A stretch of DNA of 63,666 nucleotides, filler included, from Candidatus Rokuibacteriota bacterium (GTDB taxonomy: Bacteria; JAUVQV01; DATDCY01): assembly GCA_031406795.1 (NCBI GenBank). It is 6 parts of 6 records of this genome, joined end to end, with 100 filler letters (N's around TTAATTAATTAA, not from the genome) between each part and the next. Parts side by side here need not be neighbours in the genome. Positions count along the whole stretch, not along the records: positions 22,689 to 45,197 come from JANOHV010000056.1; 5 more parts are not named here. The stretch is one strand, 5' to 3'. This document shows, piece after piece, positions 30,500 to 42,527 of the stretch. Under the pieces are notes generated by a model. It worked only from the letters and a program-made list of their open reading frames with translations, was not told where the DNA came from and made no database searches. The stretch's first letter is position 1. Each line of letters opens with the position of its first letter. A program made the position numbers and the translations under genes.

Positions 30500-31006
30500 A
30501 TGACCGGATCGAGAAGACAGGCGGGATTCAGTCTGGTCGAGGTGATGATCGCCGTCTCCATACTCGGCATCGTGGCGGCCCTCGGGATTCCCTCGATGAT
30601 CAAGGCGATGCCCCGCGTCAAGCTCGCGAACAACACCGGGACCCTGGCCAACGAAATCGCGAGCCTGCGGATGCAGGCGATCGCGAAGAGCCTGGAGTTC
30701 CGGATGGTCTTCAACGTGGCCAACGACAGTTACACGCTCGAGAAGGCCAACGGCGGCGCGTGGACGCTCTATTCGACCTCGACGACCTTCGGCACGGACA
30801 TCACGAGCGTCTCCGGGTTCACCCCCGACGCCGACACGCTGATCATCAGGAGCAACGGGACGGCCAGCGTGCCGCTGAGTTCGCAGGCGATCATCGTGCT
30901 CGAGACGCCTGACGGTGGGGAAATGGCGAAGCGGATCCTCGTCCAGGCCACCGGGCGGGTTTTCGTCCAAAAGCGCAACATCGACGGTTCCTGGGTCAAC
31001 GAATAG
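30500..31006 (+). CDS. FimT/GspH-like minor pilin
   Basis: Class III signal RQAG|FSLVEVMIAVSILGIV; LRMQAI; C-terminal ILVQATGRV. Confidence 0.85.
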   Translation: MTGSRRQAGFSLVEVMIAVSILGIVAALGIPSMIKAMPRVKLANNTGTLANEIASLRMQAIAKSLEFRMVFNVANDSYTLEKANGGAWTLYSTSTTFGTDITSVSGFTPDADTLIIRSNGTASVPLSSQAIIVLETPDGGEMAKRILVQATGRVFVQKRNIDGSWVNE

Positions 31007-31018
31007 GAGCATGCGGCC

Positions 31019-31471
31019 ATGAAAACCCTTCTGCGTCGCACGGACGGCTTCACCCTCGTCGAGAGCATGATTGCGCTGTTCTTCCTCTCCTTCATGGTGG
31101 GCGAAATGGCGATGGTCGACATCGGCGCCCAACGCTCCGCCCAGCTCGCCAAGCAGTTGACGAAGGCCAACGCGTACGCCGACGAGGGGATGGAGAAGAC
31201 CCGCAACATCCTGTACGCCAAGCTCCAGCTGCCGAGCGGCAACATGAACGAGAGCTGCGCGACCGCCGGCAACGTCGTGACCTGCACCTCGCTGGCCCCG
31301 ATCGAGGGGCTCTTCACCCGCCAGCGCATCGTGACGCCCCTCGACGCCAATAACGCCGTGACCACGCTGAGTGCGAGCGGCAAGACCGATGTGGTCGTCA
31401 CCGTCACGTTCACCGACGCCCGGGGGGCCCCGCAGCGGGTTTCCGTGGCCAGCGTCATGACCAAGTACTAG
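31019..31471 (+). CDS. PilV/GspI-like minor pilin
   Basis: RTDG|FTLVESMIAL; A..YA.EGMEK.R; VVVTVTF. Confidence 0.8.
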   Translation: MKTLLRRTDGFTLVESMIALFFLSFMVGEMAMVDIGAQRSAQLAKQLTKANAYADEGMEKTRNILYAKLQLPSGNMNESCATAGNVVTCTSLAPIEGLFTRQRIVTPLDANNAVTTLSASGKTDVVVTVTFTDARGAPQRVSVASVMTKY

Positions 31472-31500
31472 CCGACCGCCGCCGGCAAGGGGGAGCGACC

Positions 31501-34500
31501 ATGAGTGCTATCGGACGGAAGCAGGGACGGTCGGGGCCGTTGCGCAATGCGCGCGGCTACACGCTGGTCGAGATGATGATCGCCCTCGGCGTTGCGGTCG
31601 TCGTCGGCATGGGGCTGTATCAGGTCTTCAGGGCGACGCAGCGCTCGTCCGTCGGGCAGCGGCTGCGCAACGACGTGCAGAGCGGCTGCACGGCCGCGAT
31701 GGAGCAGATGAAGAGCGAACTGGCGCTCGGCGGCTACCGGGCCATCGATCCGGCGTCGCCGATCACCAACGCCGCCGCCGGCAGCATCACCTTCGAGTAC
31801 TGGGACGATCAGGCGGAGCCGGTCGCCGGCCGCAACAACAACATCCGGGTGGTCTATCGCCGGGCGACCACCGTCGAGTCGGGGGGCGGTCCCCAGGGCA
31901 TCAAGCCGGGCGACCTGGTGCGGGAAATCTACCGCTACTCGACCCCGGCCGGCCCCTTCGACGCCACGCCGACCAAGCAGGTGCTGGTCGACAACGTCCT
32001 GGCGTTGGGCTTCACGTACATGCAGTCCGACAACACCACCTGGGACGGGATCAGCCTCGGCGCGATCAAGACGATCCGCCCGACGCTGACCTGCGAGTCC
32101 AGCCGGCCGGACCCGAGCACGGACAAGATGCTGAGGATCACGCTGACCGGCGAGGTCCGAGCCCGCAACGTCGGCGTTTCGGCCACCCCGAAGGACACCA
32201 CCCCCCCCGCGACACCGGGCGGCGTGGTGGCCTGGGACGAGGGCCGCTGCGGCCAACTTCAGCTGCGCTGGTACGGGAACACCGATACCGACCTCGAGGG
32301 GTACGTCATCTACTCCGGGCTGGCGGCCGGCGCGTATACAAAGCGCACCCGGATCACCCGCCCGCCCCAGTCGGCCGCCAACACGAAGGAGTTCCAGACG
32401 CTCACCGGCCTGACCTCCGCCAAGTCCACGGACCTCCCCGCCTCCCAGCCGATGCACTACATCGCCATCCAGGCCTTCGACAAGGCGGGAAACGTGAGCC
32501 CCACGTTCTCGACCCCGGTCTACGGCAACCCGACGGGCAGCCGGCGGAGCGAACCCGGGACGGCGGCGGAATCCGACACGACGATTCACCCGCTGCTTCC
32601 CGCCGCGCCGGTCCTGACGGCGGCGCCGACCCCCGGCCCCACCGACAGCAGCATCACCCTGACCTGGACCCCGCCGGCGGTGTCGGGGCTGGTCGGCTAC
32701 CGCCTCTACCGCGGCGAGACCCCCGGGTTCACCGTCAACGACGCGCCGGGCACGGGAAACCGGATCGCCAACGAGACGCAGCTGGGCGCCGACCAGCTCA
32801 GCTGGGTCGACGACGACAGCAAGCCCCTCCCCGGCGGCGGGCTCTCGGGCTGCAAGCCGTACTACTACAAGATCTGCGCGGTCATCTGCGACACGAGCCT
32901 GATCGCCTCCTACGGGACGGCGCAGTTCAGCGAGGCCACGGCCACGCCGACCGACAACGAGAAGCCGCCGGCGCCGAAGCTCACGGCCGCCCCCGGCTGG
33001 CAGCGCATCATCCTGAACCTCACCAACCCGGCGCGGACGGGCATGGACGCGACGCCCGACTTCGACTACACGCAGATCTTCTTCAGCACCATCGCCGTCC
33101 TGACGATGGACGCCGGCGGAAACGTCCTGGACGGAGGCGCCCCCGCGCGGCTCATCCCGGACCCCATCAGCACCGACAAGGGGACGTTCCGGCAGGACGG
33201 CGCCACGGGGGGCACGATCAACTTCGACGACGAAACCCTTGTCCTCCCCTCCGGCGGCCTGGCCTCGCCCACGCTGACCGCCGGGACCTACTACTTTCTC
33301 GCGGTGGCCCACGACCTGTGCGGGAACATCTCGCTGAAGGAGGCCCAGGCCGAAGCCAAGGCGGACCAGTGCAACGACTGCGACGGCGTTTCGGCGGGGC
33401 AGGACAAGTGCGTCGACGCGCCCTACCCGCCGCTCAACGTGCGCGTGGACACGTCGATCGCCGGCAACGGCTGCTTCGGCGCGACGTGGATCGCGTGGGA
33501 TTTCCCGGACAGTTACATCATCGATCACCCAGACTTCAAGGCCTTCCGCATCCTGCGCCGGGAACTCACCGGCGCTAGCACGACCTTCGACGATTCGGTC
33601 GCACCGATCAAAGTGGTCAGCGACGGCTGGACCGCCAAGACCATCCTCGACGGCGACTGCCAGGACGGTCTCGTCTACTCCTATCGGGTCGAAGCCTACG
33701 ACTGCTACTACTTCGAATGGGTCTTCTCCGGCGCATTCAGCACCGGCAACGACCCCGCGAACAACATCTCCGCGGCGAAGTTCCCGGCCGCGCCTTTCGG
33801 GACGCCGCCCTACCTGACCGTCGACCTCAATGGCGTCTCGCTCGGCGCGCCGGTGCACGACACGTCCGTGCCGGTGCTGACCGGCAGGATCTCGGGGCCG
33901 GACGGCATCCTCGGGAACCCCGACGACACCGGCGATTTCCTCCACGACAAGATCACCTTCGGGATCCGCAACACGAGCAGAGCCGCCGCCGCGAACCGCC
34001 TCAGGCTCGACGGCCTCACGGCCGCCTCGATCTGGGACAATACCAACGCCTTCCTGCAGAAGCTCGACGTCGGTGACAACGCCACCTCGCCGATCACTGC
34101 CGCGTTCGACCAACCGGACGCCACGCTGAACCACGGGTCGACCGGGAGCGTCATCACCTTCACGACCAGGCCCCCGCTGGACCCCCTGGACGACAAGATC
34201 CCGGTCCAGACCGGCTTCATGAATTCCGACCGGAGCCGGGACCGCAACAGCGACATGCGGACCAACTGGATCGACTACACCTTCGCGTACTCGAACCCGA
34301 GCACGGGCGCCGAGACGTGCACCGCGCGCAGCACGTACTACACGCCGCTCGGGCCCTACATCTACGGCGTCAGCCAGGACAAGCCCTTCTTCGGCACGCT
34401 CGCCTGGGCGGTTCACGGCGAGGAGGGCGGGAATTTCATCGACGCGGTGACCGTGCCCGGAGGGGTCGACGTGACCGTCTTCGCCGAGGTTCTCGAAGAC

Positions 34501-36681
34501 AGCGGCGCCAGCATCCTGCCCAACAACGTGCGTCTCTACAGCTACGTCGACACCGTCAAGGCCCACACCTCGGAGCCGCCGTTGTCGCTGTTCACGTCGG
34601 TGCCGATGACGCGGGGACTCGGCAACCAGTGGTTCGCGACGATCCCGGCGACCAGCGATGCCAATGTCTGGTACCACATCATCGCGCAGGACACCCAGGG
34701 GAACTTCGACCGCGACCCGGAGCCGTGGGCCGGCTCCTACCAATACTTCCAGCAGGCCCCGAACTTCTGCGAGACCATCCCCAACCCGCCGACGCTCACC
34801 AACCTGACCGTCAGCGGCGGCAGCGTGATCCTGACCTGGACCGAGCCGACCACGAACGCGACCCCCGCCGGCTCGACTTACAACGACGCCAAGGGCTACA
34901 AGCTCTACCGCAACCGCAACGACGGGACCGGCTGGGTGCTGCACTTCTTCCACGACCCGACGACGAAACTGTTCCCCGTCGGCACCACGACCTACACCGA
35001 CGGCGGGGTGTTCGCCCTCGACACCCTGAGATACGACTACCGCCTGACCGCTCTCGATCTCTGCTCGCCGACGCCGAACGAGAGCGCGCCATCCAACGTG
35101 CTGACCGAAGACGTGGAGAATAACTGCAGCAACACGCCGAGCCCGCCGGTGATCATGCTCGGAACCTCCAGCGACGTCGGCGGCAGCGTCACGCTGACCT
35201 GGTCCAAGCCGACGACGAACGCGCCGCCGTCGATTGTGCCGCTGACCGACCTCGCCGGCTACGAGGTCTGGCGCCAGAGAAATACCGAGCCCCTGGTCAT
35301 CGTGCCGGCCTCGCCGGGCACCACGTGCGGCACGATCACCAACCCGAACACCCTGACCTGCACGGACTTCGGGCCGACCTCGAGCGGCATCAGGAACAAC
35401 GTCTTCAAGTACTTCGTCAAGGCCTTCGACAGCTGCACGACGAGAAACATCAGCGCCGGGTCGGACGTCTTCACGGAGAACGAGAGCAACAACCCCTGCC
35501 TCGACACCCCGAGTGCGCCCGCGATCCTGACCGGGCCCGGCGGTTCGACCTCGTCGTCCAGCGGCGTGCTGCTGAAGTGGAGCGCGCCGACCGTGAACAA
35601 CGAGGTCTTGCCGATCGCGCCGACGACCTATGGCGACCCCGGCGGGTACCGTGTCGAACGCTGCGCCACGGGCTGCACGTCCGATGCGAACTGGACGCAG
35701 ATCGGCTCCACGGACTCCGTCACGCTGGCCTTTTCCGACGTGCCCGCGAACATCGGCGAAGTGGCCTACCAGTACCGGGTCAAGGCCTTCGACACCTGCG
35801 CCCTCCCCGGCCCGAACGTCAGCCTGCCTTCGACCCCCTTCTTCGAGAGCTTCGTCGGCGCCTGCGGGACAATCCCGCAGCCGGCCGTGATCATCACGGC
35901 GGGCGCGGGCACTTCGAGCTTCTCGAAAGACGGCGTGATCCTGAACTGGAACGCGCCGACCGCCAATGCCACGCCCGCGGGACAGCCCTTCTCCGACCCC
36001 GGCGGCTACCGCGTCTACCGCCGCCAGCAGACGTCGGCCGGTCCGCCCGCGGCCTTCACCGCCTGGACAAACATCGCCGAGCTGACGAGCCCGTCCTATC
36101 TCGGGTCCGGACCCTTCACGTACACCGACACCACGATCGCGGACACCCCCACGATCACCAACATCGGGGATCCCGCGAAGCAGTACTCCTACCACGTGGC
36201 GGCCATCGACAACTGCTCGTGCCCGCCGACACCGCCGGCGCCGTTCGCCTGCCCGAACGAGAGCGGCGTCTCCAACATCTTCACGGAGACGTATACCGAT
36301 GCCTGTGCCCTGCTCACGACGCCCGCGGCGCCGTCCGCTCTGACGGCAACCAAGGTCGGCGGGTGCACCGGCGGCAGCGCCGCGACGGCGATGGACCTGG
36401 CCTGGAGCGCGTCTGCGGGAGCCCCGAGCGGATATCGGGTCTACGGCATCAGCTGCACTAACGGCACCTCCTGCACTGGCACGCCAAACATCCGGCTCAA
36501 CACGACGGACCCGCTCACCGTGAGAACGTTGAGACACAGCATCCCGCCGACCAAGATGAACTCGGTGCAGTGGCGTTACGGAGTCAAGGCCGTGAACAAC
36601 AGCGCCGGGTGCACGGATTCCAACAAGTGGAAAGAGAGCGCCTTCAGCAACTTCGTGATCGATGAGTGCCTCCTCCCCTAG
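31501..36681 (+). CDS. Giant PilW/GspJ-like pilin fused to about nine FN3-like repeats (1726 aa)
   Basis: NARG|YTLVEMMIAL, MKSELALGGY, EVRARN; then repeats P..P...L.W..P...GY..Y...Y.V.A.D.C. Confidence 0.85.
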   Translation: MSAIGRKQGRSGPLRNARGYTLVEMMIALGVAVVVGMGLYQVFRATQRSSVGQRLRNDVQSGCTAAMEQMKSELALGGYRAIDPASPITNAAAGSITFEYWDDQAEPVAGRNNNIRVVYRRATTVESGGGPQGIKPGDLVREIYRYSTPAGPFDATPTKQVLVDNVLALGFTYMQSDNTTWDGISLGAIKTIRPTLTCESSRPDPSTDKMLRITLTGEVRARNVGVSATPKDTTPPATPGGVVAWDEGRCGQLQLRWYGNTDTDLEGYVIYSGLAAGAYTKRTRITRPPQSAANTKEFQTLTGLTSAKSTDLPASQPMHYIAIQAFDKAGNVSPTFSTPVYGNPTGSRRSEPGTAAESDTTIHPLLPAAPVLTAAPTPGPTDSSITLTWTPPAVSGLVGYRLYRGETPGFTVNDAPGTGNRIANETQLGADQLSWVDDDSKPLPGGGLSGCKPYYYKICAVICDTSLIASYGTAQFSEATATPTDNEKPPAPKLTAAPGWQRIILNLTNPARTGMDATPDFDYTQIFFSTIAVLTMDAGGNVLDGGAPARLIPDPISTDKGTFRQDGATGGTINFDDETLVLPSGGLASPTLTAGTYYFLAVAHDLCGNISLKEAQAEAKADQCNDCDGVSAGQDKCVDAPYPPLNVRVDTSIAGNGCFGATWIAWDFPDSYIIDHPDFKAFRILRRELTGASTTFDDSVAPIKVVSDGWTAKTILDGDCQDGLVYSYRVEAYDCYYFEWVFSGAFSTGNDPANNISAAKFPAAPFGTPPYLTVDLNGVSLGAPVHDTSVPVLTGRISGPDGILGNPDDTGDFLHDKITFGIRNTSRAAAANRLRLDGLTAASIWDNTNAFLQKLDVGDNATSPITAAFDQPDATLNHGSTGSVITFTTRPPLDPLDDKIPVQTGFMNSDRSRDRNSDMRTNWIDYTFAYSNPSTGAETCTARSTYYTPLGPYIYGVSQDKPFFGTLAWAVHGEEGGNFIDAVTVPGGVDVTVFAEVLEDSGASILPNNVRLYSYVDTVKAHTSEPPLSLFTSVPMTRGLGNQWFATIPATSDANVWYHIIAQDTQGNFDRDPEPWAGSYQYFQQAPNFCETIPNPPTLTNLTVSGGSVILTWTEPTTNATPAGSTYNDAKGYKLYRNRNDGTGWVLHFFHDPTTKLFPVGTTTYTDGGVFALDTLRYDYRLTALDLCSPTPNESAPSNVLTEDVENNCSNTPSPPVIMLGTSSDVGGSVTLTWSKPTTNAPPSIVPLTDLAGYEVWRQRNTEPLVIVPASPGTTCGTITNPNTLTCTDFGPTSSGIRNNVFKYFVKAFDSCTTRNISAGSDVFTENESNNPCLDTPSAPAILTGPGGSTSSSSGVLLKWSAPTVNNEVLPIAPTTYGDPGGYRVERCATGCTSDANWTQIGSTDSVTLAFSDVPANIGEVAYQYRVKAFDTCALPGPNVSLPSTPFFESFVGACGTIPQPAVIITAGAGTSSFSKDGVILNWNAPTANATPAGQPFSDPGGYRVYRRQQTSAGPPAAFTAWTNIAELTSPSYLGSGPFTYTDTTIADTPTITNIGDPAKQYSYHVAAIDNCSCPPTPPAPFACPNESGVSNIFTETYTDACALLTTPAAPSALTATKVGGCTGGSAATAMDLAWSASAGAPSGYRVYGISCTNGTSCTGTPNIRLNTTDPLTVRTLRHSIPPTKMNSVQWRYGVKAVNNSAGCTDSNKWKESAFSNFVIDECLLP

Positions 36682-36701
36682 CCGCCAAGGAGATGACGGC
36701 A

Positions 36702-38309
36702 ATGAAAGCACACGGATTGAACGCGAACCTGAAGCGGCTGCTCTTTCCTCCGCGCCTGCGCGACGAGCGGGGGATGCTCCTCGTGATGGTGATGTTGATC
36801 ATGCTCGTGGTCTCGTCGCTCGCGGCGGCCAACCTGATCAACGCAATGCTCGAGCGCAACCTCGCGAAGAACCAGAACTACGCGAGCCTGTCGCTTCAGG
36901 CCGCCGAGGCGGGGATCGCCGACGGGGTCACCTGGTTGAACGCGAACCAGGCGCTCCTCCCCCCGAATGCCCCGTGGGCCGACAACGCCAACTGGCCAAA
37001 AGAGGTCGCGAACGGCCGTGCGATTACCCGCGATCTCTCGCGCGACCTCAACGGCGACGGGGACATGCTGGACCCGGGCGAGAAGCTTGGCAGCTACACC
37101 GTGTCGATGCGCTTCAAGCGGGAGTGGCGCGATTACAACGGGGACGGCGTGTGCGACGACCCCGCCGACCCCAGCGACGGCGGCGAGGACGGCGGCAACC
37201 ACGACGGCGACGGCGCCCTGCCGGCCGAGTGCCTCGACCTGGCCAAGAACGACATCGTGCTCTTCAACAGCGCCGCAAATACGCTCCCCGGCGGGTTCGA
37301 TTTCCCCGGCGCCCTGTACACGACCGCCGGCTCGGGCTTCCCGGTGGTCGAGATCGACGCGGTCGGCCGCTACGGCAACGCCGGCTACCGCCAGGTCCTG
37401 TTCGACATCGCGCGCAACCGGATGGATGCCCAGGTGGACGGGGCGTTCACCGCGCGCTCGGGCGTGACCGCCACCGGTTCGTCGAACATCGACGGCACCA
37501 ACCGCCTGCTCTCCGGCGCGCCCGACTTGAGCGGCAGCTGCGGCGGCAACAAGCCCGGGATTCTCGTCGACGACGGTGTCTACACCAACGACACCAACAC
37601 CAACGGCGTCTGCGACGCAGGCGAGACCCACCTGCCCTGCGACCTGAACTGCGACGGGGACTGCGGCGACGCCGGCGCCCCGTGGAACGAGACCTGCGGC
37701 AACGCAGTGGGCAATCCCTGTTGGGACACACACGACCCGATGGCGACGCCGCTGCAGAAGACCCCCTGGGGTGTGCTGGGTCTGCCGCAGACGGAGTTCG
37801 AGACGATGTTCACCAAGCGCGAATTCAAGCCATCCCCCCCCGCGGCGCCGAACACCCCCGACGATGCGATGAACATGCCCTGCAGTACCGACCAGTACTA
37901 TCTCTGGTTCGCGTCGACCGACGGCGTCAAGTTCAACAACAGTTCAACGTGCAACAACTACAACGGCATTCTCGTGATCCACAATGAGGACTTCGACCCC
38001 GACCAGTGGAAAGACTGCCCCGGCACCTACTGCACCGACGATCTGAACGGCGACGGGAAGCTCGACCACGCCCCGGCGGTCTTCGACATGAACGGCAACG
38101 TTGGCTGGACCGGGGTCGTCATCGCGGACCAGGTCGTGAAGGTCAACGGCACCCCCGTCATCCGCGGCGGCATCCTGTCACTGGCCTCGGGCGGCATCAT
38201 CGACACCGCGATCAGCGGCAACATCGACATCGAATTCAGCTGCGAGGCAGTCACCGGGGCCACCAACCAGGGCTACAAGACGCGCCTGAACTGGCACCGG
38301 ATCCGCTGA
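36702..38309 (+). CDS. PilX/GspK-like minor pilin with Cys- and Asp-rich C-terminal region
   Basis: DERG|MLLVMVML (no E5), AAEAGI PilX-N motif, DLNGDGD/DYNGDG motifs. Confidence 0.8.
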   Translation: MKAHGLNANLKRLLFPPRLRDERGMLLVMVMLIMLVVSSLAAANLINAMLERNLAKNQNYASLSLQAAEAGIADGVTWLNANQALLPPNAPWADNANWPKEVANGRAITRDLSRDLNGDGDMLDPGEKLGSYTVSMRFKREWRDYNGDGVCDDPADPSDGGEDGGNHDGDGALPAECLDLAKNDIVLFNSAANTLPGGFDFPGALYTTAGSGFPVVEIDAVGRYGNAGYRQVLFDIARNRMDAQVDGAFTARSGVTATGSSNIDGTNRLLSGAPDLSGSCGGNKPGILVDDGVYTNDTNTNGVCDAGETHLPCDLNCDGDCGDAGAPWNETCGNAVGNPCWDTHDPMATPLQKTPWGVLGLPQTEFETMFTKREFKPSPPAAPNTPDDAMNMPCSTDQYYLWFASTDGVKFNNSSTCNNYNGILVIHNEDFDPDQWKDCPGTYCTDDLNGDGKLDHAPAVFDMNGNVGWTGVVIADQVVKVNGTPVIRGGILSLASGGIIDTAISGNIDIEFSCEAVTGATNQGYKTRLNWHRIR

Positions 38310-38364
38310 CCACCGGCCGATCCGTCGCGGGCGCCCGAGGTTCTCCCCTCGGGCGTCCGCCCTC

Positions 38365-39813
<1,449 letters not shown>

Positions 39814-39873
39814 GCCTCTGCCTCCTCTTCTGCCGTCACAAGCCTCATGAGTCCTGCGGGCGAAGCCCCCGCG

Positions 39874-42129
39874 CTAGGCGGCGCCCGGCAGCACGACCAC
39901 GAACGTGGCGCCGTGCCCCGCGCGGCTGGTAAACCGGATGCTTCCCCCGTGCTCGCGCACGATCTTGTCGGCGATCGGCAGGCCGAGCCCGGTCCCCGCC
40001 TCCCGCGTAGTGTAGAAGGGATCGAAGATGCGCCCCGCGACCTCCGGGGCGATCCCCAGGCCGCTGTCCGCAATGAAGATCATGACGGGGGCCGGCTCCC
40101 CGTTGCCGGACACCCGCCCGCGCGCCAGTCGGACCCGCAGCCGCCCGCCTTCCGGCATCGCCTGCATGCCGTTCATCAGCAGGTTCAGAAGCGCTTGGTG
40201 CAGCTGCGCGGCGTCGCCCATGACGCGCACCGGGGCGGCCGGCGGCCGGAACTGCGCGGTGATCCCCTGCTCCCGCAGCGAGGCTTCGAGAAAGAGCAGC
40301 AGGTGCGCGAGCAGGTCGCCGAGGTCGACCGCGGCGCGCGTCGGCGGGGTCTCGCGCGAGAGCAGCCGCAGGCGCCTGATGATGCCCTCCATGCGCCCGA
40401 TGCTCTCGGTGATGATGCGCAGCAGCTCGCGGTCCCGGCCCGCGCTCGTCGAGGTCAGGTACTGGACGCTCGAACTCATCGCGGTCAGCGGGTTGCGCAG
40501 CTCGTGCGCGACCTGGGCGGAAAACTCCCCGAGCGTGGTCAGACGGTTGAGACGCTGCTGCTCGGCCGCGAGATGCCGCTCGTCGGTCAGGTCATGGAAG
40601 AGGACGATCCCCTGCGCGCCGCGGCCCTCCGCCGCGGGGATGCGCGAGAGCACGTAGCCGAAGACCGACTCGCGGCCGTCGGCGAACACCGCGCGAATCT
40701 CCCGGCGGTTGGCCGCGGGTTCCCCGCGCCGGAACGCGCCGGCGACCTCCGCGGCGAACGCGGCCGGCAGCGCTTTCTCCAGGGGCCGTCCGGCACTCGA
40801 CGGCGCCGTGCGCAGCAGCCTCAGCGCCGCAGGGTTGATGCGGGTGATCAGCAGGTTCTCGTCGAAGGTCACCAGACCGCCGATCATGTTGTCGAGAACC
40901 GCCCGCTGCTGCTGCTCCAGCTCGCGCACCTGCGCTTCGGCCTGGCGGCGAACCGCGATCTCGCGACCGAGGGCCTCGATGGTCGCCTGCAAATCGCGGG
41001 TACGATCCGCGACGCGCACCTCCAGCGCCTGCCGCGCCTCCTCGAGTTCGCGCTTGAGGCTCTCGCGCGAGACAAAGGCGTCGCGGACCTGCTCGGTCAG
41101 TCTGCCGATTTCGTCAGGGCCGTCGGCGACGATCCCCTCCGCGGGGGCGCTGCCGGCGCCGACCCGCTGGACGAAGGCGCCCAGACGGATCACGCGGCGC
41201 AGGACCGTCCGCTCGATGAGCAGGACGTAGGCGCCGCCGGTCGCCAGGATGACGAGGCCGAACGCTACCGCGAGAATCTTCAGGCTCAGCAGCCCGTTGG
41301 CGTAGCCGGCGCGGTCCAGCGTCAGCCGCAACACGAAAGCCGGCCGGCCGGCGATGTCCCGCAGCAGGGCGTACCCGGTCATGATCTGCGCGTTCGGGCG
41401 CCTGATGGAGAACTCCTCGCCGGCCGAGAGCGCCGACAGGGCGTCGCGCATGTCGGCGGCGCGCAGCGTTCCGGCGTCGGCGCGAACGAGTTCGGGCGCA
41501 CCGCCCGAGGTGGTCAGCCGCATCATCACATCGTCCTCGAGAAACCGACCCAGCAGCAATGTCCGGCGGCCGGATCCCACGGCGTTGCCGCCGGCGATCG
41601 GGCGCGACACGAGCAGCAGCGGCGTGGCCCCGGACGGGAGGATGCCCCTGACGCCGTCGGGGTGCCCGTCCAGCGCGAACGGACCGCGGTTGTCGCGCAG
41701 GTACTCCAGCAGCAGGAGCGGCAGCGGGGCGACCGCCGCGGGCGCCTGGCCGAAGCTGACGCCGATGAGGGGTTCGCCGCGCTCATCGAGGACCGCCGCG
41801 AGTGCGATGCGTTCGCTTGCCCCCCGGGCAGCGGCGGCGAAGCGCTCGCGGAAGCCGCCCGCCGACACACCGGGCTCGAAGCGGCGGATCTCCTCCGAGG
41901 CGGCGTGGTCCGCCGTCGTCGCGGCCAGATCGTCGAGCAGCATCGCGATCCGTCCGGTGACGCCGCGGAGCGCCTGCGCCATCTCCTGGTCCTCGCTGCG
42001 CAGATACCCGTTGAGCACGAACCCGCGCAGCGTCAGCACCAGCACCGAGATGGCGAAGCCCAGCGTCAGCGCGAGCGCGAAGAGCGTCTTCGCGCGGATC
42101 CCCATCCTCCCGAAACCCGTCTGGCGCAT
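39874..42129 (-). CDS. Sensor histidine kinase (CHASE4-like, HAMP, PAS, HisKA, HATPase)
   Basis: Two TM segments, DEIGRL, VAHELRNPL, NLLMNG, DSGLGI, FDPFYTT, GTGLGL. Confidence 0.92.
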   Translation of the reverse strand: MRQTGFGRMGIRAKTLFALALTLGFAISVLVLTLRGFVLNGYLRSEDQEMAQALRGVTGRIAMLLDDLAATTADHAASEEIRRFEPGVSAGGFRERFAAAARGASERIALAAVLDERGEPLIGVSFGQAPAAVAPLPLLLLEYLRDNRGPFALDGHPDGVRGILPSGATPLLLVSRPIAGGNAVGSGRRTLLLGRFLEDDVMMRLTTSGGAPELVRADAGTLRAADMRDALSALSAGEEFSIRRPNAQIMTGYALLRDIAGRPAFVLRLTLDRAGYANGLLSLKILAVAFGLVILATGGAYVLLIERTVLRRVIRLGAFVQRVGAGSAPAEGIVADGPDEIGRLTEQVRDAFVSRESLKRELEEARQALEVRVADRTRDLQATIEALGREIAVRRQAEAQVRELEQQQRAVLDNMIGGLVTFDENLLITRINPAALRLLRTAPSSAGRPLEKALPAAFAAEVAGAFRRGEPAANRREIRAVFADGRESVFGYVLSRIPAAEGRGAQGIVLFHDLTDERHLAAEQQRLNRLTTLGEFSAQVAHELRNPLTAMSSSVQYLTSTSAGRDRELLRIITESIGRMEGIIRRLRLLSRETPPTRAAVDLGDLLAHLLLFLEASLREQGITAQFRPPAAPVRVMGDAAQLHQALLNLLMNGMQAMPEGGRLRVRLARGRVSGNGEPAPVMIFIADSGLGIAPEVAGRIFDPFYTTREAGTGLGLPIADKIVREHGGSIRFTSRAGHGATFVVVLPGAA

Positions 42130-42296
42130 GTCCCCCTCGTGGTGCCGTTGCGGTAGTCTATCACCATCGAGTGAGGCCACCGGGGAGACTCTCTTCAAGC
42201 GTGAAACGACTTTCAAGGACGCACATTTCAATCGATCGCACCAAGGAGGCAGATCCTGGAGGATATCTTCCGGCATCCGGTGTATCATCAGACGTC

Positions 42297-42527
42297 ATGG
42301 CTGAATCAGAAAAGGAAGTCCGGGAAAAGTTCGCGAGGCTCGTCGCCGACTGCCGCGACCAGTGTCTCTGGTTCCTGCGCCAGGACTATTGCCCGACCGA
42401 CCCGGACGAGATGCGGCGAGTGCTTGAATACATCCGCCGCCACGGTAACCGCGAGTCTTTCCGCGCCGCCTCCAGATTGATGCAATGGCTCTCACCGGAT
42501 TCCAGCGCGCGGTCTGCCGCCTCATAG
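42297..42527 (+). CDS. Small hypothetical protein, putative antitoxin
   Basis: 76 aa, CLWFLRQDY...VLEYIRRHG; overlaps the NTase gene; TATCAT 8 nt before ATG. Confidence 0.65.
   Translation: MAESEKEVREKFARLVADCRDQCLWFLRQDYCPTDPDEMRRVLEYIRRHGNRESFRAASRLMQWLSPDSSARSAAS

Noticed and set aside
31468-36711. 1747-aa minus-strand ORF
   Set aside because: Shadow of the giant pilin gene.
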